A stretch of 63,650 nucleotides of DNA, the filler included, from Octopus bimaculoides (taxonomy: Eukaryota): the NCBI RefSeq assembly GCF_001194135.2. It is 7 parts of 5 records of this genome, joined end to end, with 100 filler letters (N's around TTAATTAATTAA, not from the genome) between each part and the next. Parts side by side here need not be neighbours in the genome. Positions count along the whole stretch, not along the records: positions 33,494 to 37,858 come from NW_026381960.1; positions 37,959 to 54,409 come from NC_068983.1; 5 more parts are not named here. One strand, given 5' to 3'. Within the stretch, counting starts at the first letter, position 1, and every line of letters begins with the position of its first letter. The position numbers and the translations under genes are program-made. Shown here in pieces: positions 36,515 through 50,132 of this stretch. The notes under the pieces were generated by a model, which worked only from the letters and a program-made list of their open reading frames with translations, did not search any database and had not been told where the DNA came from.

Positions 36515-36914
36515 CTTTTACTCTTTTACCTGTTTCAGTCATTTGACTGCGGCCATGCTGGAGCACCGCCCTTAGTCGAGCAAATCGACACCAGGACTTG
36601 TTCTTTGGAAGCCTAGTACTTATTCTATCGGTCTCGAACCGCAAAGTTACTGGGACGCAAACACACCACCATCGGTTATCAAGCGATGTTGGGGGACAAA
36701 CACATACACACATACATATACATATACATATATACGACGGGCTTCTTTCAGTTTCCGTCTACCAAATCCACTCACAAGGCTTTGGTCGGCCCGAGGCTAT
36801 AGTAGAAGACACTTGCCCAAGGTGCCACGCAGTGGGACTGAACCCGGAACCATGTGGTTGGTAAGCAAGCTACTTACCACACAGACACTGTATGTATATG
36901 TATGTATGTATACA

Positions 36915-36981
<67 letters not shown>

Positions 36982-37190
36982 GGTCTTACTCTTTTAGTGT
37001 TTCAGTCATTCGACTGCGGCCATGCTGGTACACCGCCTTCTAGTCGAAGGAACCGATTCCATGACTATGTAAGCCTAGTACTTATACCATCAGTCTCTTG
37101 TTGCCGAAGTGCTAAGTTATAGGAACGTAAACACACCAACATACGTTTTCAAGTATTGGTGGGAGAACAAACACACACACACATATACAT
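35215..37190 (-). mobile_element. Array of about six minus-strand SINE family B copies or fragments (35215-35390, 35545-35705, 35730-35960, 35985-36410, 36510-36885, 36985-37190)
   Basis: Repeated gactgcggccatgctgg, tacttattctatcggtc and aagacacttgcccaaggtg blocks. Confidence 0.9.
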
Positions 37191-37469
37191 ACAGAAACAC
37201 ACACACACACATATATATACATACACACATGTATATATGCAATAAATGCATGTATGTATATTTTCCTCCTTTTTGTTTTATGTATATGTATATACATACC
37301 TTATCTTATCTTTGACTATATATATGTATACACACATACATATATACATAAATATATATATACGTTATACGAATATATATGCATATATCTGTGTGTGTAT
37401 ATATATATATATGTGTGTGTGTATGTCTTTGTGTATCTTCTAAGTATGTATGAATATTTGCATATATAC

Positions 37470-37814
37470 GCGCAGGCATAGACGTGTGACAAGTAGATTT
37501 CGGGTTCACTCCAACTGCGTGGCACCTTGGGCAAGTGTCTTCTACTATAGCCACAGGCCAACCAAAGACTTGTGAGTAGATTTGGTAGATGGAAACTGAA
37601 AGGAGCCCGCTGTAAATATATGTATATATATTTATTTGAGTCTTTGTATCTGTTTGTCTCCCCACCATTGCTTCACAACGGATGTTGATGTGTTTATGTT
37701 CCCGTAACCTAGCGGTTCGATAAAAGACCCCGGTAGAAAAAGTACTAGGCATACAAAGAATACGTCCTGGAGTCGATTTTTTCCACTTCAAAGACCTTTT
37801 CAGGCGGTGCTCCC

Positions 37815-37815
<1 letters not shown>
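37470..37815 (+). mobile_element. SINE family B
   Basis: gtggcaccttgggcaagtgtcttctactatagcc...gcggtgctcc. Confidence 0.88.
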
Positions 37816-37858
<43 letters not shown>

Positions 37859-37958
37859 NNNNNNNNNNNNNNNNNNNNNNNNNNNNNNNNNNNNNNNNNN
37901 NNTTAATTAATTAANNNNNNNNNNNNNNNNNNNNNNNNNNNNNNNNNNNNNNNNNNNN

Positions 37959-37984
<26 letters not shown>

Positions 37985-37995
<11 letters not shown>

Positions 37996-38230
37996 TTCAT
38001 ATATGCGTGTGTCTGTGTTCGTCCCCACCACCACTTGACAATCAGTGTAGGTATATTTACGCTCCCGTAACTTAGTGCTTAGTAAATGAAACAGATAGAT
38101 TAAGAACAAACTTTTACAAAAAAAAAAATAAGTACTGCGGGCAATTTGTTTGACTGAAATTCTTCAAGTCGGTACTTTAACGTGGCCGCAGTTTAATGAT
38201 TTAAGCAAGTAAAAGGTAAAAAATAAAAGA
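37985..38230 (+). mobile_element. SINE family B, 3' half
   Basis: gtgtctgtgttcgtcccacc...ataagtac...gtggccgcagt. Confidence 0.75.
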
Positions 38231-38299
38231 TATAATTAGAGGATAGCTCTATAACTAGTTCATTGTATACACTTATTGATACAGCTACAGTTATACTTT

Positions 38300-38495
38300 A
38301 TTCCCGATATCAATAATCCTTTTGAGGGAGGGGGCAAGTCGAGTAAGTCGACCCCAGTGTGTAACTGGTATTTATTTCATGAACGCCGAAAGGATGAACG
38401 GCAAAGTCGACCTCGGCGTAAGTTGAACTCAGAACGTAGCGACGGACGAAATACCGCTAAGCAGTTTTCCCAGCGTTCTAACGATTCTGCCAGTG
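38300..38495 (-). mobile_element. SINE family C
   Basis: Matches 27160-27310. Confidence 0.88.
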
Positions 38496-40099
38496 AATAA
38501 TGTAGGCAAACCAAGAATGCATGCGTTACTCGGACTCCACTGAACGTTAATAGAATGCAGAAAACTCCAAACCACAACACCCATCTTCTTTCCTTCGTAC
38601 GTGATCATTTGGAGCAAATAAATAAACCAAATTGATTCTAGTGTAAAATTCAGTGTATATTCTTCTGACGGATAAGCTGCGTTTTCATTGGTGAGACGCG
38701 TATCAGTAAAATTCTCGATAAAACATGCACTGCAGGATGGTAAGCATAAACTATATTTAAAAGAAAATCATTTTGACTCACCAATAGTCAAGGAACATGT
38801 AAAATATTTATGCATCCATGCTTTGCCACAATAATATATAACAGGTGTAAATACGTAAGCTAAAATCTTCATATTATCTCTATATTCCCTATTCTGGCGA
38901 CAGTCTCAGTGACATTAATTGTATTGGAATGATGAAATATTTCGCAGCGAATTCATGTAGATATAGACATCACAAAGTATTTAGAATTAAATGATGACAA
39001 TGAAGGTGTTACTGCTTCCCTCTTTAATTTTGACGTATTATGAATATAAAATATTAAGTATATGAAGAATGGTGAGATAATACATAAACATTTCAATAAA
39101 TAAAACGATTTGGGATTTTCTCCCTCTGTTTGACACATAACGATTAGCAATATTACGAGGAACATATTTTATTCACTGATTTATAACTGAATTCTATAAA
39201 ATTTGCCTTTTATACGGTAAAAACACATACCCCCAAACAACTGCATCTGTTTAAATGTATGACTGTTAAACATTATATAATATTCGTGTGTGTGTGTGGC
39301 CGGGTGGGAGCGTGGAGAGAGAGAGAGAGAAAAAGATCGCTAGTTTTGTTCACATATTCACTCACACGTGTACATACATATACACACGCTCACATACACG
39401 CATATATATATATATATATATATANNNNNNNNNNNNNNNNNNNNNNNNNNNNNNNNNNNNNNNNNNNNNNNNNNNNNNNNNNNNNNNNNNNNNNNNNNNN
39501 NNNNNNNNNNNNNNNNNNNNNNNNNNNNNNNNNNNNNNNNNNNNNNNNNNNNNNNNNNNNNNNNNNNNNNNNNNNNNNNNNNNNNNNNNNNNNNNNNNNN
39601 NNNNNNNNNNNNNNNNNNNNNNNNNNNNNNNNNNNNNNNNNNNNNNNNNNNNNNNNNNNNNNNNNNNNNNNNNNNNNNNNNNNNNNNNNNNNNNNNNNNN
39701 NNNNNNNNNNNNNNNNNNNNNNNNNNNNNNNNNNNNNNNNNNNNNNNNNNNNNNNNNNNNNNNNNNNNNNNNNNNNNNNNNNNNNNNNNNNNNNNNNNNN
39801 NNNNNNNNNNNNNNNNNNNNNNNNNNNNNNNNNNNNNNNNNNNNNNNNNNNNNNNNNNNNNNNNNNNNNNNNNNNNNNNNNNNNNNGAGCTGAGTATCAC
39901 CGGTTGTCGTAAGGAATCCACTTTTCATCGCAAGTCACAATCCGGTCGAGAAATGAGTCTTTCTTGTTGCGTAAAAGAAAGGAAGACGACACTTAATAAC
40001 GGCGTTTTTTTGGTTGTTGTTCAATTCATGCAGCACCCATTTCTCAAGTATTTTTATTTTTCTAGTCTCTTTCAAGTGGTTGGAAATTGTCGTATACGT

Positions 40100-40566
40100 T
40101 ACGTCTAATTCAGAAACAAACTCTCGAACAGTTGTGCGTGGATTGGCTTCTACTAAGGCTCTTAATTGATCGTTGTCAACATCCGATGGCCGATCACTAC
40201 GCTTATCATCTTCAAGACCCTCATCACCGCTACGAAATTTCTTGAACTACCATTGTGCTGTACGTTCATTAGTGGTTCCTGGGCCAAATGCATCGTTGAT
40301 ATCGCGAGCTGCTTCAGCAGCTTTTCGGCCTAGCTTGAACTGGAATAAGAAAATTGTGCGAATTCGCTTTTTATCCATGTTGTATTCAACGTTCCGGAAA
40401 AAATGGCCTAACTATTGAAAACGAAAAAGAGTAACATGATTTGATAGAGCGAAAAACGGGCTTTAAAATAATATATAAAGTCAAAATTATTTAACGAAAA
40501 TTAATTTGGAAATATACCATTTAAAACCAAAATTTTAAATTCCGCAAGAACTTTCTTGACATCCCA

Positions 40567-40570
<4 letters not shown>
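40100..40570 (-). mobile_element. Mariner (Hsmar1/SETMAR-like) 5' end: TIR plus transposase N-terminal HTH, pseudogenised
   Basis: From ATG at 40378: MDKKRIRTIFLFQFKLGRKAAEAARDINDAFGPGTTNERTAQW*FKKFRSGDEGLEDDKRSDRPSDVDNDQLRALVEANPRTTVRE; TIR TATTGGGATGTCAAGAAAGTTCTTGCGGA at 40570-40542. Confidence 0.9.
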
Positions 40571-40597
<27 letters not shown>

Positions 40598-41035
40598 TTG
40601 TATATGCATCTGTGTTCATGCAGCATGAATGCATGTGTGTGCATGTAAGTGCGTATGTGTATTTGTAGTTGTTGTGTATATATGCGATTGTATTTACAAA
40701 CAAGCGAAATAAGTATGCTATACAAATAGTGAAAATTAATAATTTATACGTAAATGTGTCTTCACTCAATCGTAACTTCGGTTTTCGCTCTCCTCCATGT
40801 TTTTCAAACCAAGTGATAAAAGTTTATATATTTTGAAATCTGTAAACAAACGCCTCCACCGTAAAGAAAAATTAGTACAAATGCTAGAGAACGTAAGATC
40901 TATAATTAAATATCTGGAATCAAGAATGCTGCAAACAAAAAATTGCAAGAGATTTGTTAGTATGAAAAATGGAATGGATCTTTTAAACAAATCCATTTTA
41001 ACAAGAACAACGTAGAAGTAAAATAGAAATAGAAA

Positions 41036-41389
<354 letters not shown>

Positions 41390-41390
<1 letters not shown>

Positions 41391-41605
41391 AGCAGCGATC
41401 TGGCAGAATCGTTAGCACGCTGGAAGAAATGCTTAGCGGTATTTCGCCCGTCGCTACGTTCTGAGTTCAAATTCCGCCTTGGTCGACTTTACATTTCAGA
41501 GGGCGATGAAATAAGTATCTGTTGAACATTGAAGTGAATGTAATCCACTCATCCCCTCCGCCAAAATTGCTTCCGCTGTGGCAAAATTGGAAATCATTAC
41601 AGTGT
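41390..41605 (+). mobile_element. SINE family C
   Basis: ctggcagaatcgttagcacgc...ctgagttcaaattccgcc..ggtcgacttt. Confidence 0.85.
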
Positions 41606-41821
41606 CTAAATTTATTAAAGTAATTTATTAAAGAAAGATAAGTATTTAAAAGATATGCCAAAACAAACTTGACGAGAGGAAAATTAATTCCGAAAACTAA
41701 AATTATGATAAACAGAGAGGAGAGAGTTACCAAAAATACAGACAATAGTAAATTGGATTCATTGAATAGACAGTATACTACACAAATGGAAAAAATATTT
41801 TAGAAGGAATATTATTGGCAT

Positions 41822-41945
41822 ATACGAGTGGTGCTGAAAAGTTCCAGGCTTTGGATAAAAGAAAATACAGGAGGATTAGTAAATTATGATTTTATCCAAC
41901 AGACTTCCCTCTCCGATTCGCATACTTATTGCAGCGGATAATATT
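41822..41945 (+). mobile_element. Mariner-type TIR fragment
   Basis: TA-TACGAGTGGTGCTGAAAAGTTCC resembles mariner termini; second end not seen. Confidence 0.45.
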
Positions 41946-42619
41946 AGGATAATAGCGTCAATACTTTGGCTAACAAAAGGGTACGTTATAGTTATGTTTA
42001 TATTTCCTGCCAAACAATCTAGCAAGTCTGGTCAGAATTACAGGGAAAAAATTACTGCATTTAGAAATTGAGCAACCGAAATCTGACAAACAGAGACAAT
42101 ATTTAAACTGACTACGAATTCGTTGGTCTTTCTGCAACTAGAAAGCCATTTTAAACATCCACTGTTGGACTACAAACACATATAATATATAAGTTTAGAA
42201 AAATCTAATATATTAGTGATAAATACAATTAAGACAAAGCACAGTTTTCTGTCTTCAAGAAAGCCAACAAACACAAAACAGTGACGTAATTTGATAGACA
42301 GTCAATTTACGGGAGAGGGAGAGAGAAGCACAGCAAAAATTGTAAAAATGTTGGAAACATAGCTCAAACAGTGGTTACAGAATTATATGCTAAATCTATA
42401 GAAACAAAAGCTCTACCTGGTCAGTAAAGCTGAATATGCTGGAAATAGATAAAGAAAATTTGCAACTAGTTGTGAAGTGCCAGTCCCAAAGTTAAGACTG
42501 AAGGATCCTTTATGGCTGTACACAAACGTTCTCAGAAACCATACAAAGCGGAATAGATTACGTAACAGCTGCTCTGAATTCCGAGCTAAATTTATAATGG
42601 TTTCGAATTTTGGCACACG

Positions 42620-42815
42620 AGCAGCAATTTTTGAGGGGAGGGGAAGTTGATAACATCGCCCCTAGTCTATGGCTGGTACTAATTTTATCGACTCGGAAAG
42701 GCTGAAAGGCAAAGCTGACCTGGGCTGAACGAGATTTTAGCTCGAAACGAAAAGACGGACGAAACGCTGCTAAGCATTCTCTCCATGCTAATGACTCTGC
42801 CGGTTTACCAACTTG
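42620..42815 (-). mobile_element. SINE family C, degraded
   Basis: ctggtactaattttatcgac..ggaaaggctgaaaggcaaag...gctaagcatt...gctaatgactctgcc. Confidence 0.7.
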
Positions 42816-42869
42816 CGCTGAATTAATAATGACAAGAAAGATGCTAAATGATGATGATGATGACGACGA

Positions 42870-44250
42870 CGACGACGACAGAGATCACTTTGGACGCACG
42901 GCCAACTGCAGAGAGACTTCAGGTCACTAGATATAGATGCGCCGGCCATCAGGGAGACCTGTATTTCCGAGGTACCAGCCATGACGCCCACTTTCAGTTA
43001 ATACTAGGTGCACACGCTTCCATGTCAGCTACCTTCGGGAGCTGGAGACGCTGTATTGTTTCGAAAATATCAGAGCTTATCCATGTGCCTACATGCAGGT
43101 AGGCACCTGGAGAGGCAAGTCCAAGCAGTCCAACAGAGCCATGATTGGACAGATCAGTGAGATTGTTTGGTGTTTAGTTCGGTGTCTCTTCCTAGTTGAG
43201 ATGAACTGGATAGAGGTGACAAGCAAGGTAGCCAGTCTCCTCAGAAATGGGTCAAGAGGAAACTATTCCAAAAAGATGGAGCAGTGGTGGCGAATTCTTA
43301 CAATGCCTTCGTCAACTATTACCGCCTGTCATGCTTTACCTTAAATCACGTCTTATCAGACAAAAGCATCTAAGTTTTAGCCTTTTGTGGAAGAAACATG
43401 ATCTACTGGTCACACATTCGATCTGAGGACAGAATATATCGCGGTTAGTGATGTGCAGACATGCACTGAAGTTACAACAGCAAAAGAATAACGTTTCACA
43501 TAGGTGTAGTCCTGAAAAAAGAGAAGTCCGAGACAAGGCTCTTAACACCAATCAGGCAATACACCAAAATTCCACATTGCCGTTCTACACAGAATTAGTG
43601 GCGGGAAAAACTGATAACGTTTTCAGGGACACTCGGGACACGATAAAAATCCACTGGCTAATCTCTTCTGGAGAACATTCAATCTATGACCCGTGAATAT
43701 TTCGAGTAATCTCTGGTCAAGCAAGTGAGATTGGGGTTATTGCCAGTTAGAGAGGAACTTTACTTGAATGGAAATGTCCAGGAGGCTGAGATCGATGAAA
43801 CTCTTCTACACACATTTGGTCAGTGCTCGAGCATCGGTTGCTTGTAGAGTTAAGTCGAATAGTTGTTGTCACATTGGAGACAGACCCAGCTATCATCTGA
43901 GTTCTTTGTGGAGTTCGCTCCACCCTCTTACTTTGTCCAGGAAGAGTAGACCATTTTTATGTTTCGAGTGGCCATGGCAAAAGAGACTGTGTAGTGGAGA
44001 AGATTGAAAGGTTTGAAGGCAGACACTTTCCCGTTTAGGGAAGGCCTCATCAATTTTCTGCCTTCCAGAAAATTTGTTGAAAGTTGACCGAGAATGATGA
44101 GTATAGTTTGAGTATACGGGCCTGGTTTGCGCATGCACTTTTGGAACTGGAAGAGCTCAGAATACACAAGGGGCGCTTGCCCCGATGGTCAGATTACCGC
44201 TCTTTGTGGGTTTCCGCAGATAAACAGATAGGTCTCCTCCAATCGGGAAA
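42870..44250 (+). mobile_element. Tx1/L1-clade LINE, RT C-terminus to ORF2 end, decayed
   Basis: Frameshifted LVEMNWIEVTSKVASL / WVKRKL...AVVANSY...YYRL; LLPVREELY...ETLLHTFGQC; RVAMAKETV*WRRLKGL..TF...GLINF, homologous to 1380-1685. Confidence 0.8.
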
Positions 44251-44454
44251 ATTTTCCTCGTAAGACTTTTACTTTATACGTAAAAGCACGTTTAATCCCT
44301 TGAGGCTAATAAGAAACCATTTTTTTAACCAACACAAATCTGCTATTCGTTTGTGAATTATTTCTGTCGTGAAAGAGATATTCCTCCAAAGGGGTTTTAA
44401 AGTATAATAAATAGAAAATTCAATTCTCTAAACAAATGAGAAATATTAAAATAG

Positions 44455-44527
44455 TCTTCTTCTTCTTCTTCTTCTTCTTCTTCTTCTTCTTTGTCTTCTT
44501 TTGACAATAATAATAATAATAATAATA

Positions 44528-44590
<63 letters not shown>
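44455..44590. repeat. (TTC)n, then (AAT)n directly followed by (ATT)n
   Basis: Direct reading. Confidence 0.95.
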
Positions 44591-44591
<1 letters not shown>

Positions 44592-45157
44592 CCAAAGGCG
44601 GCTTCATTAAGGAAGAAAAATTAGAGGAAATGCAACCTGGGCATTATGAGTCATCGAAAAATTCTCTCAGATCCATGCAACACGTATCATATAACGTGCC
44701 TCCGCATTTAAACCGGAAGGGGAAGAAACGCAAAATAATAATAATGATAAACAACAATTCAAAATGGTTAATTTTTAACAGATATTTTCATTTTCTTTTC
44801 AGGGATGCGATATTGATGGTGTTGTTGTATTCAGTGACAGAACGAATGAATGAATCATCATTCATTTAAATTTCTTCCTCTCGTGTTTTGGTAATCGTTA
44901 TGGATGGTTGATACTTTCACTTTTGTTGTTGTTGTTGTTGTTGTCGGGGAAGATGGTGGGGATGTGTGTCTGTTGTCACTGTCATTAATTAGTCAGGACG
45001 AATAACTAATGCGTCATTGTAAACCACATTGGAAAGCTTAATCCTGCTGTCCATGATTTTGATTGCTCGGACAAGACAACAAAAATAACATAGTGATATG
45101 ACAGTAATATCGATTTATTAAAAATAATATATTATTATTGTTGCTACTACAACAACA

Positions 45158-45206
<49 letters not shown>

Positions 45207-45649
45207 TTAGTACTGCTGTTGCTGCTGCCACTAATGTTCCTACTATAATGTTCTTAAATGCATTATTTTGAAATCGACCTTAATTGCAACTGGGTCAATT
45301 GAGGTTGAGGATTTATGGTCGCAATTCATTCCGTTCAGTGGAAGAGGACTTCACAATGCAATACTTTCTCATACTTAACCTTTAGGCAGTTTAGGAAACG
45401 TTCTCGAATATTTCCACATATTTTAATGGATTTAATACATTTTGAATCAATTCTAAGATTAGATTTTGAAAATTAATAGAACGATATTTTGATAAAATGG
45501 TAGATCGGCTAGTTTAGTGTACATTGGATAAATATTTCATTTCCTTCTATCGAAGAGATTTGTGCGAAACCTCAATCATATTTTCTTTCTCACAGTAAAA
45601 TAATTTATTGCCGTTTGTGAATATTTTGTGCTCAATAAGGAAATAAAAT

Positions 45650-46340
45650 AGTTGATAGCTGGCAGAAACGTTAGCACGCCGGGCGAAATGCTTAGCGGTA
45701 TTTTGTTTGTCTTTATGTTCTGAGTTCAAATCCCGTCGAGGACGACTTTGCGTTTCATCCTTTCGGGGTCGATAAATAAAGTACCAGTTATGCACTGGAT
45801 CGATGTAATCGACTTAATCCCTTTGTCTGTCCTTGTTTAGCCCCTTGCGGNNNNNNNNNNNNNNNNNNNNNNNNNNNNNNNNNNNNNNNNNNNNNNNNNN
45901 NNNNNNNNNNNNNNNNNNNNNNNNNNNNNNNNNNNNNNNNNNNNNNNNNNNNNNNNNNNNNNNNNNNNNNNNNNNNNNNNNNNNNNNNNNNNNNNNNNNN
46001 NNNNNNNNNNNTATGCACTGGGTCGATGTAATCGACTTAATCCCTTTGTCTGTCCTTGTTTGTCCCCTCTATGTTTAGCCCCTTGTGGGCAATAAACAAA
46101 AAAAATATATATATCGAAATAACGGCGGTGAGCTGGCAGAAACGTTAGCACGCCGGGCGAAATGCTTAGCGGTATTTTGTTTGTTCTTACGTACTGAGTT
46201 CAAATTCCGTCGAGGACGACTTTGCTTTTCATCCTTTCGGGGTCGATAAATTAAGTACCAGCTAAGTACTAAGATTGATCTAATCGACTGGCCCCTTCCT
46301 CCAAAATTTCGGGCCTTGTGCCGGGAGTAGAAAAGAATAT
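45650..46340 (+). mobile_element. Two tandem SINE family C copies (45650-46110 with gap; 46122-46340)
   Basis: Near-identical heads gctggcagaaacgttagcacgccgggcgaaatgcttagcggtattttg. Confidence 0.9.
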
Positions 46341-46449
46341 TTATCGAAATAGAATATCACTAATTTTCTCGGAAAATATTGTATATGTGTTTTTATCGTA
46401 CTGTCATGTTATGTCACTTATGTTTACATTATATTTAAATGGTTGTTCG

Positions 46450-46980
46450 TGGCTGCGATGCTGATCCTGCCCTCTCTCAGAAACTGCGTGCTTTTCGCTC
46501 ATCAGTTCAACTTTTGGAAGACCTTAATCTGGTATGAAATGATACCTTCGTCCAACAAATAGTCCTTAATTAAGAGAATTCAAAAAAGCTACCGCAAATC
46601 CCTTCAGCCAACAGAAACTCCGCCAACATTGCACTTCTAAAAATATTATGGCACCTCTACCTTTGCTGCCGGCTTTGCATCAAATTTCACACTAGACACA
46701 CTTGGCCATTCTCACATACTACATTACATTCCATTCCACCATGCCCTCCCATACCACATACATAACATGGCCAAATGCGGGAAATCTATGGGTGGCTTCA
46801 AACAAAGTCACTGGGCTTGACGCTATTTCTTCCATTTTACCCATGCGTCTAGTTACTGAACTCGTCACTTAAACTTATCACATTCTACAGAAGCACGCTT
46901 CAGTGTGCCCCATTCTAGCAATAGTCATCCACTCTGACGCAGACAACTATCGTGCACTTTGCCCCCCCTTCAAGCATATT
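46450..46980 (+). mobile_element. Decayed CR1/L2-type LINE, RT N-terminal region
   Basis: KVTGLDAISSILPMRLVTEL...DNYRA resembles KSPGPDGI...LAP...SNYRP. Confidence 0.45.
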
Positions 46981-47114
46981 TAAGGTATTAACAGCTATTA
47001 ACAATATCGCACTACAGAAGCTTGAATCTCTCTTTCTCCTTCTCTTTCTTCTCTCTCTTTCCTTTTCTCCCCACAGTGTAGAACAATACAGTTTCAGCAG
47101 TCAGATCAACTAGT

Positions 47115-47143
47115 ACCTCTCTCTCTCCCTCTCTTTCGCTCTA

Positions 47144-47228
<85 letters not shown>
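47115..47228. repeat. (CT)n microsatellite
   Basis: Direct reading. Confidence 0.97.
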
Positions 47229-47231
<3 letters not shown>

Positions 47232-47899
47232 GTCATTTACAAGTCGGCTGTCGCTTTAGAGAAGATCGGTGAAAGAAACATTGTTGTCCTAAATGTCAGA
47301 TAATCATCGTATCTGGCATGAAAATATACCAGCTCCCCCACCTACCAGCTCTCATTTTTGGGATAACAAACTTCCTATCTGATCGCAGGCAACATACACA
47401 TCACACATCAAACCCACATTAATTTCATAAGCAGAGATTTTGAGAACATCCTTCAGTGGGACCAAACGAGTTTTATCAAGAGCAAAAGAAAAATATCAAA
47501 CACTACTTATATCAAGTATACACCACTCATATATTAAATATGAGTGGCACTCAGGGTCCACACTGTGACTCCAAATGCTGAAACTCACTAACCCCTAGGA
47601 TTTTCTCTTAATTAAAACATATCCTTAATAAATCTAGGACTGTACCTCAACAGGGCCAGAAACTATTCACCCCACCGCCCCACAGCCGTTGATACCCCAC
47701 AAGACTGAAGTAAAGGTTACAATAGAGTATTGTTCCTACATCGAGGATAATGATGTTACTATGCCCACAAACGTTCTGGACCGTATCAGAGAACTAACTG
47801 GAATTCAGTCACTAACATATATGCTCTAGATTCATAACCGCAAACCTATTGCCTCTTCTTTCTATCTTTACGATCGCTATTATGATAGCTTCAGTTCCT

Positions 47900-48720
47900 A
47901 GGGACGGGCTGGTATTTTACCTCTACCACTCAAGCACGCCTGTCCTACATGCCTCTTCACCACTCATCAATTCTATTGCGTTGAAGCACTGTATTAGCCA
48001 TTATGCCAGTCCTTTCTCTCCAGAATATGCCTCAAAAATATTGATCTCATCAGTTTCAGAGGGACATTAATAGTATCAAGTTCACCTGTCTCAGAGGGCC
48101 TGCAGAGGTCCTAGGGAATGCCCTTTTCTCTATACATATTTTCATCCAGTGAGAAAACAATGCTGGGCTTCAGTTTCTTTAGCTGCGAAATAAGTGCCAT
48201 ACGGTTGTGAACTGCAGCAGTCATTAGAGTTCTGGTAGAATTCCTACGCCACCCAATTCACTTTCCTTTTTCATTCCTTCAATGTGGATAGAAAAGTATT
48301 TTTAAAGGCTGGTAGGTGGGGGGGGGGCAGAAGTGTCTGAAAACGAACCCAATACATGGAAGTATTTGTTGCGGCTCTTCGTGTTCTGAGCTGAAAGCCA
48401 ACCCTAGTCGATGGTGTAGTACAATTAATCCATTACCCAGTATAACATCACTACCTGGTACCTTGGATGTCTTTATTTGACTCCAGCCTCCCAGTAGAGA
48501 ATAACTTTCTCCTACCATCGCTCCATCTTGAAAGCTATATGAAAGAAGACCTTCCGCCTCCCCCACCCGCAAATGACCAGAAATTTAAAATAATACATTA
48601 CCTGGTGAAAGTAAACCTTCAATAAACCTTCTCTACAATATATTACCAGCTTAACAAAATTTACAGCATTCACTGTCCTAGAATCGCCATTATCGATAGA
48701 GTGCTCCATATTTTAGCATC
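47900..48720 (-). mobile_element. Highly decayed RTE-type LINE 3' region
   Basis: KVPGSDVILGNGL..LHHRLG...PQQIL resembles RTE KVPNTEVL...QRRLRWLGH...PKQIL. Confidence 0.35.
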
Positions 48721-49304
48721 TTTTTGCTATTCATTATAAGTCACTTAAACTGCGTAACAGTGCTTGCTAGTCGCATGCCAGCAATTCAATTATATGATCT
48801 TCTGGTATGTAAGCAGATCGAGCGTGTTTGGTACGTTTTGTGAGTATAGTAAAAATGTAAATGAAAAGTTCTGGTGCTTGGTTCTGGTTTTATGGATAAG
48901 ATAGGCGAGAGATAAATACTAAAAGTTAAACATAAATGTCTACTGCGAGTAATATTCCCCAAAATTGAAGTATCTTGTTACGACAGCTAGCAATAGTGTT
49001 GCATGTGTTATTAAGTGTAAACCCAAAATACAGGACGAGACGTGAATGAAATTGGAATGGAGCGTTATCAGATGAAGAAGGCAGTACAAAAACAATATAG
49101 AAATATGAAAACCAGATTTGGAAAAGGAAAAGGAATAGCAATGCATTACAGATAGAGAAGGAGGAATTATGATGTAACAATCAGAACGAAATTTATGTGG
49201 CTTCTACAGGTAATAAATGTCTCGAGCTGAAATTTGTCTACGATAAAGGTGAGAAGCAAAGACGAAAATAATCAAGAAAAAACTACACAAACACCCATTT
49301 AAAT

Positions 49305-49308
49305 ATAA

Positions 49309-49394
<86 letters not shown>

Positions 49395-49400
49395 ATGCAT
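49305..49400. repeat. (TA)n(TG)n microsatellite
   Basis: Direct reading. Confidence 0.95.
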
Positions 49401-50132
49401 GTATATGTATATACGTATATATGTTATATATATGCTACATACGTACATATATACGCATATAAATAGCTAACATTAATCAATCTGTTATACATACATACAC
49501 ACATACGTTGAGATGATAATACTTCTACATTATATTCTGAAATTCTTGGATATATTAATTACTCTACTTACATCAAAATATGAATAGGAACATGAATTAT
49601 GCACCGAGTTATTAAAACACACACACGCACAGCCAACAACGTGACACTTCGAGCAATAGAGCATCCTCGCTACAATATGTTAGCCTCTGAGTTAGAGTTG
49701 AACATAGAGAGAGATTATGAAGGTTTTTCTGGCAACAGTAATAGAATTAGCTTCATGATTACACCAGCTCTGGCGTAGCTGATTTCTGTTGATTCCTTCT
49801 TACGTGAATATCAGCATGAATTTGAAAAAGAAAATCGTTTTGAATTCAAAAGTTTAGGTGCTGTTGTAAGGATATTACTTCACTCAAATTTACAGATATT
49901 CAAACACACAGACAATTGCTAGCACAAACACACACACATAAATTTCTAGATGTTTGCGTATGTATACACGTAAGTCCATATACACACACAGAGAAAGAAA
50001 GTGACGCATACAGATAGCTAAAAAGCGAATAAAAAAGGAGTACTCAGCAATGTAGACGCTAAATATTTGAATTTCTTATCTGAATTATTCTCAGTCACAC
50101 AAATGTCGATAATTCGGCTATAATGACTGAGG

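Noticed and set aside
45788-46090. Duplicated SINE C tail on both sides of a gap
   Set aside because: Likely an unmerged contig or haplotype overlap rather than a true duplication.
46494-46520. CTGATGAGCGAAA on the minus strand (and other isolated CTGATGA hits at about 13804, 48053, 51735)
   Set aside because: No stem II or no stem I/III pairing, so not hammerheads.
48512-48709. Two-exon model on the minus strand (donor near 48601, acceptor near 48539)
   Set aside because: It lies in sequence better explained as a decayed RTE LINE, and the product is unrecognisable.
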